From a virus (lineage: Duplodnaviria > Heunggongvirae > Uroviricota > Caudoviricetes): a stretch of 7,780 bases of DNA. Under the pieces are notes generated by a model that worked only from the letters and a program-made list of their open reading frames with translations, searched no databases and was not told where the DNA came from. The DNA lies in IMG/VR virus record IMGVR_UViG_2537562231_000014, positions 1-7,780 of that record, one strand, 5' to 3'. Shown one piece after another: positions 1 through 6,351 of the stretch (the stretch's first letter is position 1; each line of letters starts with the position of its first letter). The position numbers were made by a program, and so were the translations under genes.

Positions 1-927
1 CTCCAGAATATTAATAAGCGGATTATCCTTCTGCCCCTGCGGCGCACCGGCGATATATTCAAAGGCCTTTTCGGTATCAAGGTCACTTTCAATCGTCGCT
101 GCATACATGGCCTTCACAATGGCCGACTGAAGCTGTGTTGCCTGCAGGGAATCGAGCATCTTCAGCCGTTCCATGACGCTGTAAAACTGGTTGGCCCCAC
201 GGGTCTGCCCGTCCTCCACCGGCTCGAAAATATGCAGCATGGCCGGACGCCCGGTGGGAAGTTCACGCGGGATCCGTTCCCATCGTCCACTCCCGGAGCG
301 AGGAAAATCATCCTCACAGATATGGTACGCAACGGCACGGCCATATCGATCGACCTCCACCCCGGCCCGCAGAAAACGGTTCCCCATACCGTGTCCTGGC
401 GTGTCCACCCGTTTCGGACTCACGGCTTTAAAACGCGTACGGAATAACTGCGTGGTTTCCGTATCCCAGACCGGCTGCACAAAGATTTCGCCGTTAAACG
501 CATGAACGCCCACACCTTCACGGATAAATTCCGTGAACGTGCGTTTTCCTTCCACGTCGATCTCGCCAGACATCCCTTCGGCGTATTCCGACCAGGCCGC
601 CTCCACCTCATCGACAAAGCTTTTTGCTGCGGTCTCCCGCATCCCCAGCCAGCGCCAGTTCGGACGGTAGCTGATAAGAAACATATGCCCGACAATGTGA
701 TCCTTATGCAGTGCCACCGCATTGGCCGCTATTCCGTTATTGCGCACCAGATCATCTGCCCGGGCATTCCCCAGACGCAACGCGGGCAGCAGGGCCGCAT
801 CGGCACTCTGCGCCGGTGGCAACCACTCCGCCATTTGCCCGCCAAATCCTGCACCGCCCCCGTTGTAGCTGAGACTCTCACGAAGCGGAACGCCGTTCAC
901 ATCAATCAGGACAGGCGTTCGTTTCAT
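1..927 (-). CDS. B: Portal protein (lambda gpB-like), N-terminal 309 codons; the gene continues past the window start
   Basis: The minus-strand frame is open from ATG at 927..925 down to position 1. It translates as MKRTPVLIDVNGVPLRESLSYNGGGAGFGGQ...LRLGNARADDLVRNNG...HIFEPVEDGQTRGAN..., which I recognise as lambda gpB-like. The start overlaps the W stop (ATGA), as in lambda. It is absent from the ORF track because no stop lies inside the window. Confidence 0.9.
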   Translation of the reverse strand, partial: MKRTPVLIDVNGVPLRESLSYNGGGAGFGGQMAEWLPPAQSADAALLPALRLGNARADDLVRNNGIAANAVALHKDHIVGHMFLISYRPNWRWLGMRETAAKSFVDEVEAAWSEYAEGMSGEIDVEGKRTFTEFIREGVGVHAFNGEIFVQPVWDTETTQLFRTRFKAVSPKRVDTPGHGMGNRFLRAGVEVDRYGRAVAYHICEDDFPRSGSGRWERIPRELPTGRPAMLHIFEPVEDGQTRGANQFYSVMERLKMLDSLQATQLQSAIVKAMYAATIESDLDTEKAFEYIAGAPQGQKDNPLINILE

Positions 928-1130
928 AACCTCACTCCCAGCGGACGACGGCGACGCCGGGTTGTCCCCAGTACCGACTCCGCATCATTGATCGCCCGGT
1001 TAAGCTCATCCAGAGAAGCCGCCGTATATTCAATTCTGCGACCATCTTTCTGGACAGACACCACCCGTTTACCGGTTAATAAATCAAGGCGCGCCTGACG
1101 CAGCGCCTGCAGTTCAGCGACTGTAACCAT
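924..1130 (-). CDS. W: Head-tail joining / head completion protein (lambda gpW-like), 68 aa
   Basis: Track ORF of 68 aa, MVTVAELQALRQARLDLLTGKRVVSVQKDGRRIEYTAAS..., the same length as lambda gpW with a similar central motif ([21 protein letters not shown]). A GGAGG Shine-Dalgarno sits at 1134..1138 (minus strand). The gene lies between A and B as in lambda, and its start overlaps the end of A. Confidence 0.85.
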   Translation of the reverse strand: MVTVAELQALRQARLDLLTGKRVVSVQKDGRRIEYTAASLDELNRAINDAESVLGTTRRRRRPLGVRL

Positions 1131-3042
1131 TCACTCCTCCGGACAGCTTCGCTGCCAGTTCTTTAAGGGTTGGCCGGGTCGTCTCTTCTTCCCGGGATTT
1201 TGCCAGTACAGCCAGATCAAGCTGCCAGCGTTGCACGGACACACGTAATGCCGCGTAGGCATACACCAGGCAGTCCAGCGCTTCGTTACGCCGCTTTTTG
1301 TTATCCCACAGCAGACGCATCTTTCCTTTTTCCCACTTCTCCACAAGCTCTTCCGCCACCAGTTGCTGCGCCTCTGTCTGCGAAAAAATCTCCGGATCAT
1401 CAGGAAAACGGATGGCATACGACGTGGCTTCATCCGCAGGCGTGGGATCGGCTTTCATACGGGCATAGAGAATTTCTTTTGCGGTGTCCGTCCCCACTTC
1501 GCACAGATACACGCCCCGCTGATTGCGGGTTTTCGGCATGGTGATCACCGGCTTGCCATAGACAGACGCGCCTTTTACCGGCAGCACCCGGAAAACACCG
1601 TGTTTTTTTGATCTCTGATAGACAATTTCACCATCGATCCCCCCGGTGTCCCAGCAGACACGGGAAATGGTCATTTCGGTGCCATCCGCATGGCGATATT
1701 TTTTGTTGATCGCAGCATCCACACGTAACAGCGTCTCTTCCTCATCGGGACGCCCCATAATGATGATTTTATCCACCAGAAAGGCTTCCTCTCCCGGTGC
1801 CCATCCCCAGACATACATCTCAAAACGGTTTCGCTGCGAGTCAATGCCCGCCGTCAGATAAACCACCCGGGAAGGCACCGCCGCCGTGTAATGCACGACC
1901 TTATCCATCAGTACCTGGTGATCGAGTTTTTCGCCCACGGCCTCTTCCCAGGTCTCGCCCAGCGTGGTGTTAACAAAAGTTTTCAGACCGTTGGGATCTT
2001 TCAGTGCATCCAGCCAGTCATAGACAATCTGTACCCAGGTGGTGAACGGACTGTACGCCGTCCAGATATGGAAAGTGATGGAGCGCGGCGGCGGAATTTC
2101 ATTATCCGCGGCGCTGAAAAACGTCAGGCCGTCACGGGTCCACATGCCCGTGTTTTCACAGATCCACCACCCGTTACTCTGGTCAAGCTCAGACTGATGG
2201 ATCACACAGCCATGATGCTCACAAAGGTAGAAAACACTTTCTGGCTTATTCTTCTCCCACTTAAGACCGAAAGGCGAGGCATCATCGCCAAATTTCAGAT
2301 ACTGCGCCTCCCCACAGTGCGGACAGGGCACGTAAAAACGCATGAAATGTGCCGACTCGTTAGCGGCTTTTTCGATCTGGCAGGAGCCTTTGATTTTAGG
2401 CGTCGAGCCGCGAATGGATTTTGGCCATACAGAGCCCTCGATACGCTTATCCCCCAGCAGGGTTGGCGAGCCCTCTTTTTCGACATCCGGCTCGAACGAG
2501 GAAAGTTCGTCATAGCAGACCACGTCCACGGATTTTTCACGGTAGTTTTTGGCGGCAGCGCCGCCCAGGCACCAGAAACCGACGCCCGATGAAAAGCGTT
2601 TCAGCGTGAGAGTATTGTCACGATGTTTACGACCCAGCCACGGGGAAAGGTCTTTCAGGCATGGCACGTCCCGAATCGTCGCCTCCACGTGAGACTTCAT
2701 AAAATCTTCAGCGGCAGAATCCGTGGGCTGAAAAAGCAGACTGTTTCGGGATTTATGCTCAATAAAATACCCGGCGACTCCCAGCAACATCTTTGTATAG
2801 CCAACACGGGCAGATTTAATCAGGTTAACCGTGCGAACCTGATCATTACCCATACAGTTCATAATGGCGATCTGGAATGGCAGCGTTTTCCATTCGCCGT
2901 CACCGTATGAGGATTCTTTAGGCAGATAATAATACTGATCAGCCCATTCAACTGCCGTCATCGGTACAACCCTGACCAGAGGCTGCAGCGCAACCGAAAC
3001 GGCAGCCATCATATTATTCAGTTGTTGCTCTGATATATTCAT
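1114..3042 (-). CDS. A: Terminase large subunit (lambda gpA-like), 642 aa
   Basis: The track ORF 1114..3099 aligns along its whole length with lambda gpA as I remember it (for example WADQYYYLPKES, KSARVGYTKMLLG, ITFHIWTAYSPFTTWVQIV, RRNEALDCLVYAYAALR). The homologous start is the internal Met MNISEQQ (lambda MNISNSQ) at 3042..3040. The upstream 19 codons of the track ORF overlap the nu1 3' end and are unlikely to be translated. Confidence 0.95.
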   Translation of the reverse strand: MNISEQQLNNMMAAVSVALQPLVRVVPMTAVEWADQYYYLPKESSYGDGEWKTLPFQIAIMNCMGNDQVRTVNLIKSARVGYTKMLLGVAGYFIEHKSRNSLLFQPTDSAAEDFMKSHVEATIRDVPCLKDLSPWLGRKHRDNTLTLKRFSSGVGFWCLGGAAAKNYREKSVDVVCYDELSSFEPDVEKEGSPTLLGDKRIEGSVWPKSIRGSTPKIKGSCQIEKAANESAHFMRFYVPCPHCGEAQYLKFGDDASPFGLKWEKNKPESVFYLCEHHGCVIHQSELDQSNGWWICENTGMWTRDGLTFFSAADNEIPPPRSITFHIWTAYSPFTTWVQIVYDWLDALKDPNGLKTFVNTTLGETWEEAVGEKLDHQVLMDKVVHYTAAVPSRVVYLTAGIDSQRNRFEMYVWGWAPGEEAFLVDKIIIMGRPDEEETLLRVDAAINKKYRHADGTEMTISRVCWDTGGIDGEIVYQRSKKHGVFRVLPVKGASVYGKPVITMPKTRNQRGVYLCEVGTDTAKEILYARMKADPTPADEATSYAIRFPDDPEIFSQTEAQQLVAEELVEKWEKGKMRLLWDNKKRRNEALDCLVYAYAALRVSVQRWQLDLAVLAKSREEETTRPTLKELAAKLSGGVNGYSR

Positions 3043-3196
3043 CGAGTAAATCCGGTAATTTATCCCCTGCCCGCGCACACTGATTTGCCCCCTTAGCAAT
3101 AAGGGTTTTCAGATGGTCAAGATGGCGCGGTGTTAAATCAGGAAACTGTCGCTGCATGGATAAAGGGATGGAATCAAGCGTACTGGATAACGCCAT
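3014..3196 (-). CDS. nu1: Terminase small subunit (Nu1-like), C-terminal segment in a different frame from the N-terminal segment
   Basis: Track ORF of 60 aa, MALSSTLDSIPLSMQRQFPDLTPRHLDHLK...LLDEYI, matching the lambda Nu1 C-terminus (ILDGLPLSVQRRFPELENRHVDFLK...LLSEYIEQ). The frame is open upstream to 3232 (HRVLYFALSKLA, compare lambda TFVLSRIAGEIA). Its 3' end overlaps the start of A by 29 nt, as nu1 and A overlap in lambda. Together with 3133..3522 this forms one nu1 gene broken by a 1-nt frameshift near 3215..3220. Confidence 0.65.
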   Translation of the reverse strand: MALSSTLDSIPLSMQRQFPDLTPRHLDHLKTLIAKGANQCARAGDKLPDLLDEYIRATTE

Positions 3197-3522
3197 TGCC
3201 AGCTTACTGAGGGCAAAATACAGAACCCGGTGTCAATAAGTTTTCCTTTTGACACCTCATTTTTTAACTGCTGTGTAACAGCCTGTTCTGCTGTCAGTTC
3301 CCATCTGGCAATAAGCAATTTCTCCTCATAGTCGTCTTCGCTATCGCCATCAGGCACATCGTTTTTACTTCTCCTCAGATACGATATGTAAAAATCGCGC
3401 CAGGCATCCAGATCCAGTTGCCCTCGCTTATTCGATATCGGGGCACCCGGCAATTTCTGCAATCTGCGAAGCTGGCGATCGGTCAGACTTAAATGCCTGG
3501 CAACTTCAGTCTGCGTAGCCAC
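3133..3522 (-). CDS. nu1: Terminase small subunit (Nu1-like), N-terminal segment of a gene interrupted by a frameshift
   Basis: Track ORF of 129 aa with a GTG start at 3522..3520. Residues 1-101 (MATQTEVARHLSLTDRQLRRL...TGFC) align with the lambda Nu1 N-terminal DNA-binding domain and linker (...ETAFC). After residue 101 the frame no longer matches Nu1 and stops 28 codons later. The rest of Nu1 continues in the -1 frame (next feature). Confidence 0.7.
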   Translation of the reverse strand: MATQTEVARHLSLTDRQLRRLQKLPGAPISNKRGQLDLDAWRDFYISYLRRSKNDVPDGDSEDDYEEKLLIARWELTAEQAVTQQLKNEVSKGKLIDTGFCILPSVSWQWRYPVRLIPSLYPCSDSFLI

Positions 3523-3562
3523 TCCTCACCTCGCAAAAACTCTCACCTCACAATCACAACAA

Positions 3563-3667
3563 AACCGGTCATGTCCGGTTTACATGTCTGTTTTTTGTTC
3601 ATGTCCGGTTCACAGAAGACCTGTTTTTATATTTTTCATATAGTTAACTTGAAGAGAAACCGGACAT
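3563..3667. repeat. cosB-like cluster of three copies of ATGTCCGGTT (candidate small-terminase binding R-elements) flanking an AT-rich, probably bent segment
   Basis: ATGTCCGGTT occurs at 3571..3580 and 3601..3610 on the plus strand and inverted at 3658..3667. The first copy sits in a larger palindrome, AACCGGTCATGTCCGGTT. The AT-rich stretch 3611..3657 separates copies 2 and 3. The cluster lies between cosN and the nu1 start, where lambda has R3-I1-R2-R1. Confidence 0.6.
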
Positions 3668-3705
3668 GGATCCCGGAAAATTTTCATAAATAGCGAAAAC
3701 CCGCG

Positions 3706-3717
3706 AGGTCGCCGCCC
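3706..3717. other. cosN (12-nt cohesive-end site) of a lambda-type cos; cosQ-like flank at about 3718..3750
   Basis: The minus strand reads ...GGGTCCTTTCCGGCGATCCGACAGGTTACG|GGGCGGCGACCTCGCGGGTTTTCGCTATTTATGAAAATTTTCCGG.... This matches the lambda right end joined to the lambda left end as I remember them. The match stops where the lambda cosB R3 element would begin. Confidence 0.8.
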
Positions 3718-3924
3718 CGTAACCTGTCGGATCGCCGGAAAGGACCCACGAAAATGATAATAATTATCATCTACATGAGGTTTATCACGACATGTGTGTA
3801 CGCCATCAAACCACGAGAAATAATCAATTATTACGCAGGTATCGTATTAATTGATCTGCATCAAATTAGCGTAAAAGCAACTTCAGATAATACAAATCAG
3901 CAACACTGAATACGGGGCAACATT

Positions 3925-4149
3925 ATGTCATCAAAGAACAGAACCCGCAGAACAACAACCCGCAACATCCGATTTCCAAACCAGATAATTGAACAAATTA
4001 ACATCGCTCTTGACCTGAAAGGTTCAGGTAATTTTTCAGCGTGGGTTATTGAAGCCTGCAGAAGAAGATTAATTAATGAAAAACATGCTCAATTTGTACC
4101 CAACAAAGACAAACACGACCAGAGCACCTGTTCAGACAGGTTTACTTAA
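3925..4149 (+). CDS. Small YlcI/YnfO-like protein (DUF3950-type), 74 aa
   Basis: Track ORF MSSKNRTRRTTTRNIRFPNQIIEQINIALDLKGSGNFSAWVIEACRRRL.... The motif TRNIRFPNQ.IEQINIAL..KGSGNFSAWVIEACRRRL is as I remember the cos-proximal YlcI/YnfO proteins of E. coli lambdoid prophages. It is the only convincing plus-strand gene in the window and is followed by a hairpin terminator. Confidence 0.7.
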   Translation: MSSKNRTRRTTTRNIRFPNQIIEQINIALDLKGSGNFSAWVIEACRRRLINEKHAQFVPNKDKHDQSTCSDRFT

Positions 4150-4168
4150 ACGACTTATATATGACACA

Positions 4169-4197
4169 AAAAGCGACCACTAAAGTCGCTTTTTCTT
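4169..4197. terminator. Bidirectional rho-independent terminator between convergent genes
   Basis: AAAAGCGAC-CACTAAA-GTCGCTTTT followed by TCTT: a 9-bp stem with an A-run on the 5' side and a T-run on the 3' side, so either strand sees a hairpin followed by U-rich sequence. It sits between the plus-strand gene ending at 4149 and the minus-strand gene ending at 4231. Confidence 0.65.
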
Positions 4198-4230
4198 ATG
4201 GTAACAGGCAATAACTCTCTCAGATATTTT

Positions 4231-4545
4231 TTAGCATTTTTTTGACCGCGCGTTTCCGGACGTATTCTGTTCTCCTGTCCCTTTATATCGTCGGAATACC
4301 CGCCGCTCTTCAAATCCCATTCCCAACTCAGAATGTAGTCTGTTGACCGCTTGTTTTATTTCGGTCAGGTTCACCGGTGAAACCGGAGTCCGGCGCGCCT
4401 TACGCAAACACTCTGCTCGTTTCTGTGCCGCCACTTTTCTTTTCTGGTCATCACTTAGCTGTACCATCACTTTTGCCCATCGTTCAGCTGCTCTCCGGTA
4501 CAGTCCTTTTTTCTCCAGACATTCTGCCACGTGATCATGTAGCAT
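4231..4545 (-). CDS. PerC-family-like small basic regulator (prophage accessory gene), 104 aa
   Basis: Track ORF MLHDHVAECLEKKGLYRRAAERWAKVMVQLSDDQKRKVAAQKRAECLRKARR.... A strong Shine-Dalgarno (GGAGG) lies 6 nt upstream of the ATG. The N-terminal LE.KGLYRRAA.RW motif and the basic, helical character fit PerC/Pch-type proteins as I remember them. The family assignment is from memory, not a search. Confidence 0.5.
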   Translation of the reverse strand: MLHDHVAECLEKKGLYRRAAERWAKVMVQLSDDQKRKVAAQKRAECLRKARRTPVSPVNLTEIKQAVNRLHSELGMGFEERRVFRRYKGTGEQNTSGNARSKKC

Positions 4546-4779
4546 AAGTGACCTCCGATTATCTACAGACTGCCATCCTGAATTTACCTTCCCTTAATGA
4601 AATAACAATAAAAACACAAACCACGCAAAAACAATAAAACAACACAACAAAAAAACTAAATAATAAACAAAATAATCACCTTATTTTATTATTTTTTGAG
4701 GGAGCAATTACTGAACAAAAAACGCTGACTATATACTCAAAACCAAACAACTATTCTGCCAATCAGGTATCATGGCAAC

Positions 4780-4800
4780 ACACGGAATTACCGTGTTTTT
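4780..4800 (+). terminator. Small hairpin plus T-run (weak terminator-like element) inside the AT-rich gap
   Basis: ACACGG-AATTA-CCGTGT followed by TTTT (6-bp stem, 5-nt loop). No convincing upstream plus-strand gene, so its function is uncertain. Confidence 0.25.
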
Positions 4801-5010
4801 GCCTTCTCTGCCCATACAATACGGGCATATACTTCATTCTCTATTGTAATATTTCTATCCATGTGCCCCACTCCATTTACCTGTAAATAATATTCAAAAT
4901 ATTTATCACAGAAATCGTTTTTGGCCATGAACTGAGCACACTATAAAGTCCGGAACTGACTCTTTGTTAAATTACCTTAACGTTACCAGTAACACCTTCA
5001 TAACAAAACA

Positions 5011-5478
5011 TCACGGTGTACACTGGGTACGGATATATTCCTGTGCTCCTTCCAGTTGCTTCTGCATTGCCATCAGCCGTTCTCTGAGGATGAAATAATC
5101 CCGTTCAGCGGTGTCTGCCAGTCGGGGGCCGGTTGCATTATCCACGCCGGAGGTGCCGGTGGCTTCACGCACGGTACCGGAGCAGGTGGCGTTGATCCGC
5201 AGGCGCTTACGACCAGCGGCAACATCAGCACGCAGAGTTTCATTTTCAGCTCTCGCATCGGCTAATTCCCTCGAGTATCTGGCATCAAGTGCAGCGACAT
5301 CACGCTGGCGTACCTGCATATCAGTAATTGTCACGTTCGCCAGCTCCAGCTCACTGGCTTTTTTATCGCGCTGCGCTTTGTAGGTAATGGCGTTATCACG
5401 GTAATGATTCAGCCCCAGACTAAGCGCACCACAGGCCACCAGCAGGACAATAATCACCACACACAGAACACGGTTCAT
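5011..5478 (-). CDS. Rz: Spanin inner-membrane subunit Rz (i-spanin), 155 aa
   Basis: The track ORF 5011..5502 contains [39 protein letters not shown]...[34 protein letters not shown]...[24 protein letters not shown], closely similar to lambda Rz. The start is taken at the Met before the transmembrane helix (ATG 5478..5476). Confidence 0.9.
   Translation of the reverse strand: MNRVLCVVIIVLLVACGALSLGLNHYRDNAITYKAQRDKKASELELANVTITDMQVRQRDVAALDARYSRELADARAENETLRADVAAGRKRLRINATCSGTVREATGTSGVDNATGPRLADTAERDYFILRERLMAMQKQLEGAQEYIRTQCTP
5073..5258 (-). CDS. Rz1: Spanin outer-membrane lipoprotein subunit Rz1 (o-spanin), embedded in the +1 frame of Rz
   Basis: Track [64 protein letters not shown]. 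It has a lipobox (LVVSAC), a proline-rich mature part, and near-identity to the lambda Rz1 motif [30 protein letters not shown]. It lies wholly inside Rz. Confidence 0.9.
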   Translation of the reverse strand: MRELKMKLCVLMLPLVVSACGSTPPAPVPCVKPPAPPAWIMQPAPDWQTPLNGIISSSENG

Positions 5479-5479
5479 T

Positions 5480-5617
5480 TCACCACCAGCGTATCTGACC
5501 AATGAAATAACCGGAAGCCATAATCACAAACACCAGCCAGATAAGGATGAACTTCCAGGTGGATAATTTTTCAGCCATCATTCGAATCTCCCGAATCAGT
5601 TTGCTAAAATCAAACAC
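5480..5617 (-). CDS. Candidate small single-pass membrane protein (45 aa from GTG at 5617, or 33 aa from ATG at 5581), translationally coupled to Rz; function unknown
   Basis: This is the 3' part of the track ORF 5480..5698. Internal starts have strong ribosome-binding sites: AGGAG-5nt-GTG (start 5617..5615) and GGGAG-6nt-ATGATG (start 5581..5579). The product, ..[40 protein letters not shown], has one hydrophobic helix. Its TGA stop (5482..5480) abuts the Rz ATG (TGAaATG). The track start at 5698 has no Shine-Dalgarno and would span a stable hairpin. Confidence 0.4.
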   Translation of the reverse strand: MFDFSKLIREIRMMAEKLSTWKFILIWLVFVIMASGYFIGQIRWW

Positions 5618-5653
5618 ACTTTCTCCTTTGACTTTTCCGGAGTCAGGAAACAC

Positions 5654-5686
5654 AAAACCCCGCTTGCGGCCAACAAACGGGGTTTT
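5654..5686. terminator. Terminator-like hairpin between the endolysin and the small membrane-protein ORF
   Basis: AAAACCCCG-(15-nt loop)-CGGGGTTTT: a GC-rich CCCCG/CGGGG core flanked by an A-run and a T-run, followed on the minus strand by GTGTTTCC and on the plus strand by ACTTTTATT. It could act on either strand. It lies about 90 nt downstream of the endolysin stop. Confidence 0.45.
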
Positions 5687-5775
5687 ACTTTTATTCACTT
5701 AGTTTTTGCCAGTTCGCAGGATTTCGTGTTATCCGCCCGTGTGAGCAAACCGCATTTTTCAGCAAAATATTCTGC

Positions 5776-6309
5776 TTATCTGTCAATTCCCCAGCACGCC
5801 AGCGCGCTCTCCTGGTCACGACGGGATACCTGACCGTAACAGTTGTTTGAACGAATACGGCAGTCTCTGCCACCGTCCTTAATCCACCAGCGAATCGCTT
5901 CGCAGGCACCTTTTCGATCACCTGCATTAATTCGTCTGTAAAACGTAGACGGGAAACACTTACCGGGACCAATGTTGTACGGACAGAATGACGCAATACC
6001 CGCTTTCTGGGGTTCGGTCAGTGGCACTCTGATGTTTTTCGCCACCCATGCCAGCGCCTTATCACGTTCAATGGCGTTAACCTGGTCGCATTTTTCCTTC
6101 GACAACTTCATGCCCGGGAGGACAGGCTTACCATCCACCCGGGTGGCTCCACGGCAGATGGTCCAGATACCCGCACCATCACGGTATGCCGTGGTGTGGT
6201 TACCTTCCTTTTCATCCAGAAACTGGTCGAGGATTTCAGGCGCAGGCGCACCTGCGGCAATCAGCGCCAGAACGGCAGCCGACAGGCCGTATTTGATTTT
6301 GGTGTTCAT
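5776..6309 (-). CDS. R: Endolysin, lysozyme family (phage 21 R-like), with an N-terminal hydrophobic anchor of the signal-arrest-release type, 177 aa
   Basis: Track ORF MNTKIKYGLSAAVLALIAAGAPAPEILDQFLDEKEGNHTTAYRDGAGIWTICRG.... It has a Gly/Ala-rich hydrophobic N-terminus, then the lysozyme catalytic pattern E-x8-D-x5-T (DEKEG...YRDGAG.WT), and a C-terminal region like R21 (RRINAGDRKGACEAIRWW). It is paired with a pinholin upstream. Confidence 0.85.
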   Translation of the reverse strand: MNTKIKYGLSAAVLALIAAGAPAPEILDQFLDEKEGNHTTAYRDGAGIWTICRGATRVDGKPVLPGMKLSKEKCDQVNAIERDKALAWVAKNIRVPLTEPQKAGIASFCPYNIGPGKCFPSTFYRRINAGDRKGACEAIRWWIKDGGRDCRIRSNNCYGQVSRRDQESALACWGIDR

Positions 6310-6351
6310 GGATATTTATCAGGGTTTATCGATTTCAAATCCCTGGATATG

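Noticed and set aside
502-1098. Plus-strand ORF of 198 aa (and others at 191..505 and 232..447) overlapping the portal gene
   Set aside because: They lie antisense to a clearly homologous, conserved portal coding sequence. They are Arg/Pro-rich, low-complexity shadow ORFs with no ribosome-binding site.
1131-2910. Several ORFs inside or antisense to the terminase large subunit gene (1131..1433 minus, 1170..1544 plus, 1363..1611 plus, 1646..1861 plus, 1891..2592 plus, 2295..2540 minus, 2421..2609 plus, 2623..2910 plus)
   Set aside because: All overlap the gpA-homologous frame, which accounts for the region over its whole length. They are typical out-of-frame or antisense artefacts of a GC-biased coding region.
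3043-3099. Upstream extension of the terminase large subunit ORF to the ATG at 3099 (661 aa)
   Set aside because: Homology to gpA starts at the internal Met MNISEQQ (3042). The extension overlaps the nu1 C-terminal coding sequence, as the lambda A start lies inside nu1.
3493-3693. Plus-strand ORF of 66 aa across the cosB region
   Set aside because: It spans the nu1 start and the repeated ATGTCCGGTT elements of cosB, so its composition is dictated by those repeats, and it has no ribosome-binding site.
4343-4534. Plus-strand ORF of 63 aa antisense to the PerC-like gene
   Set aside because: It lies entirely within the better-supported minus-strand gene, which has a strong Shine-Dalgarno and a family-like motif. 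It has no ribosome-binding site.
5056-5383. Plus-strand ORFs (5056..5265 and 5111..5383) antisense to Rz/Rz1
   Set aside because: The region is already doubly coding (Rz with embedded Rz1), both with clear homology. The antisense ORFs are Ala/Gly/Ser-rich shadow frames.
5480-5698. Full 72-aa version of the small ORF starting at 5698
   Set aside because: The 5698 start is a GTG with no Shine-Dalgarno, and the N-terminal 27 codons span the terminator-like hairpin. Only the 3' portion with strong internal ribosome-binding sites (starts at 5617 or 5581) is kept as a candidate.
5691-5996. Minus-strand ORF of 101 aa overlapping the endolysin 3' end in another frame
   Set aside because: It overlaps the clearly homologous endolysin frame and runs through the intergenic hairpin. 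Arg/Thr/Val-rich shadow frame.
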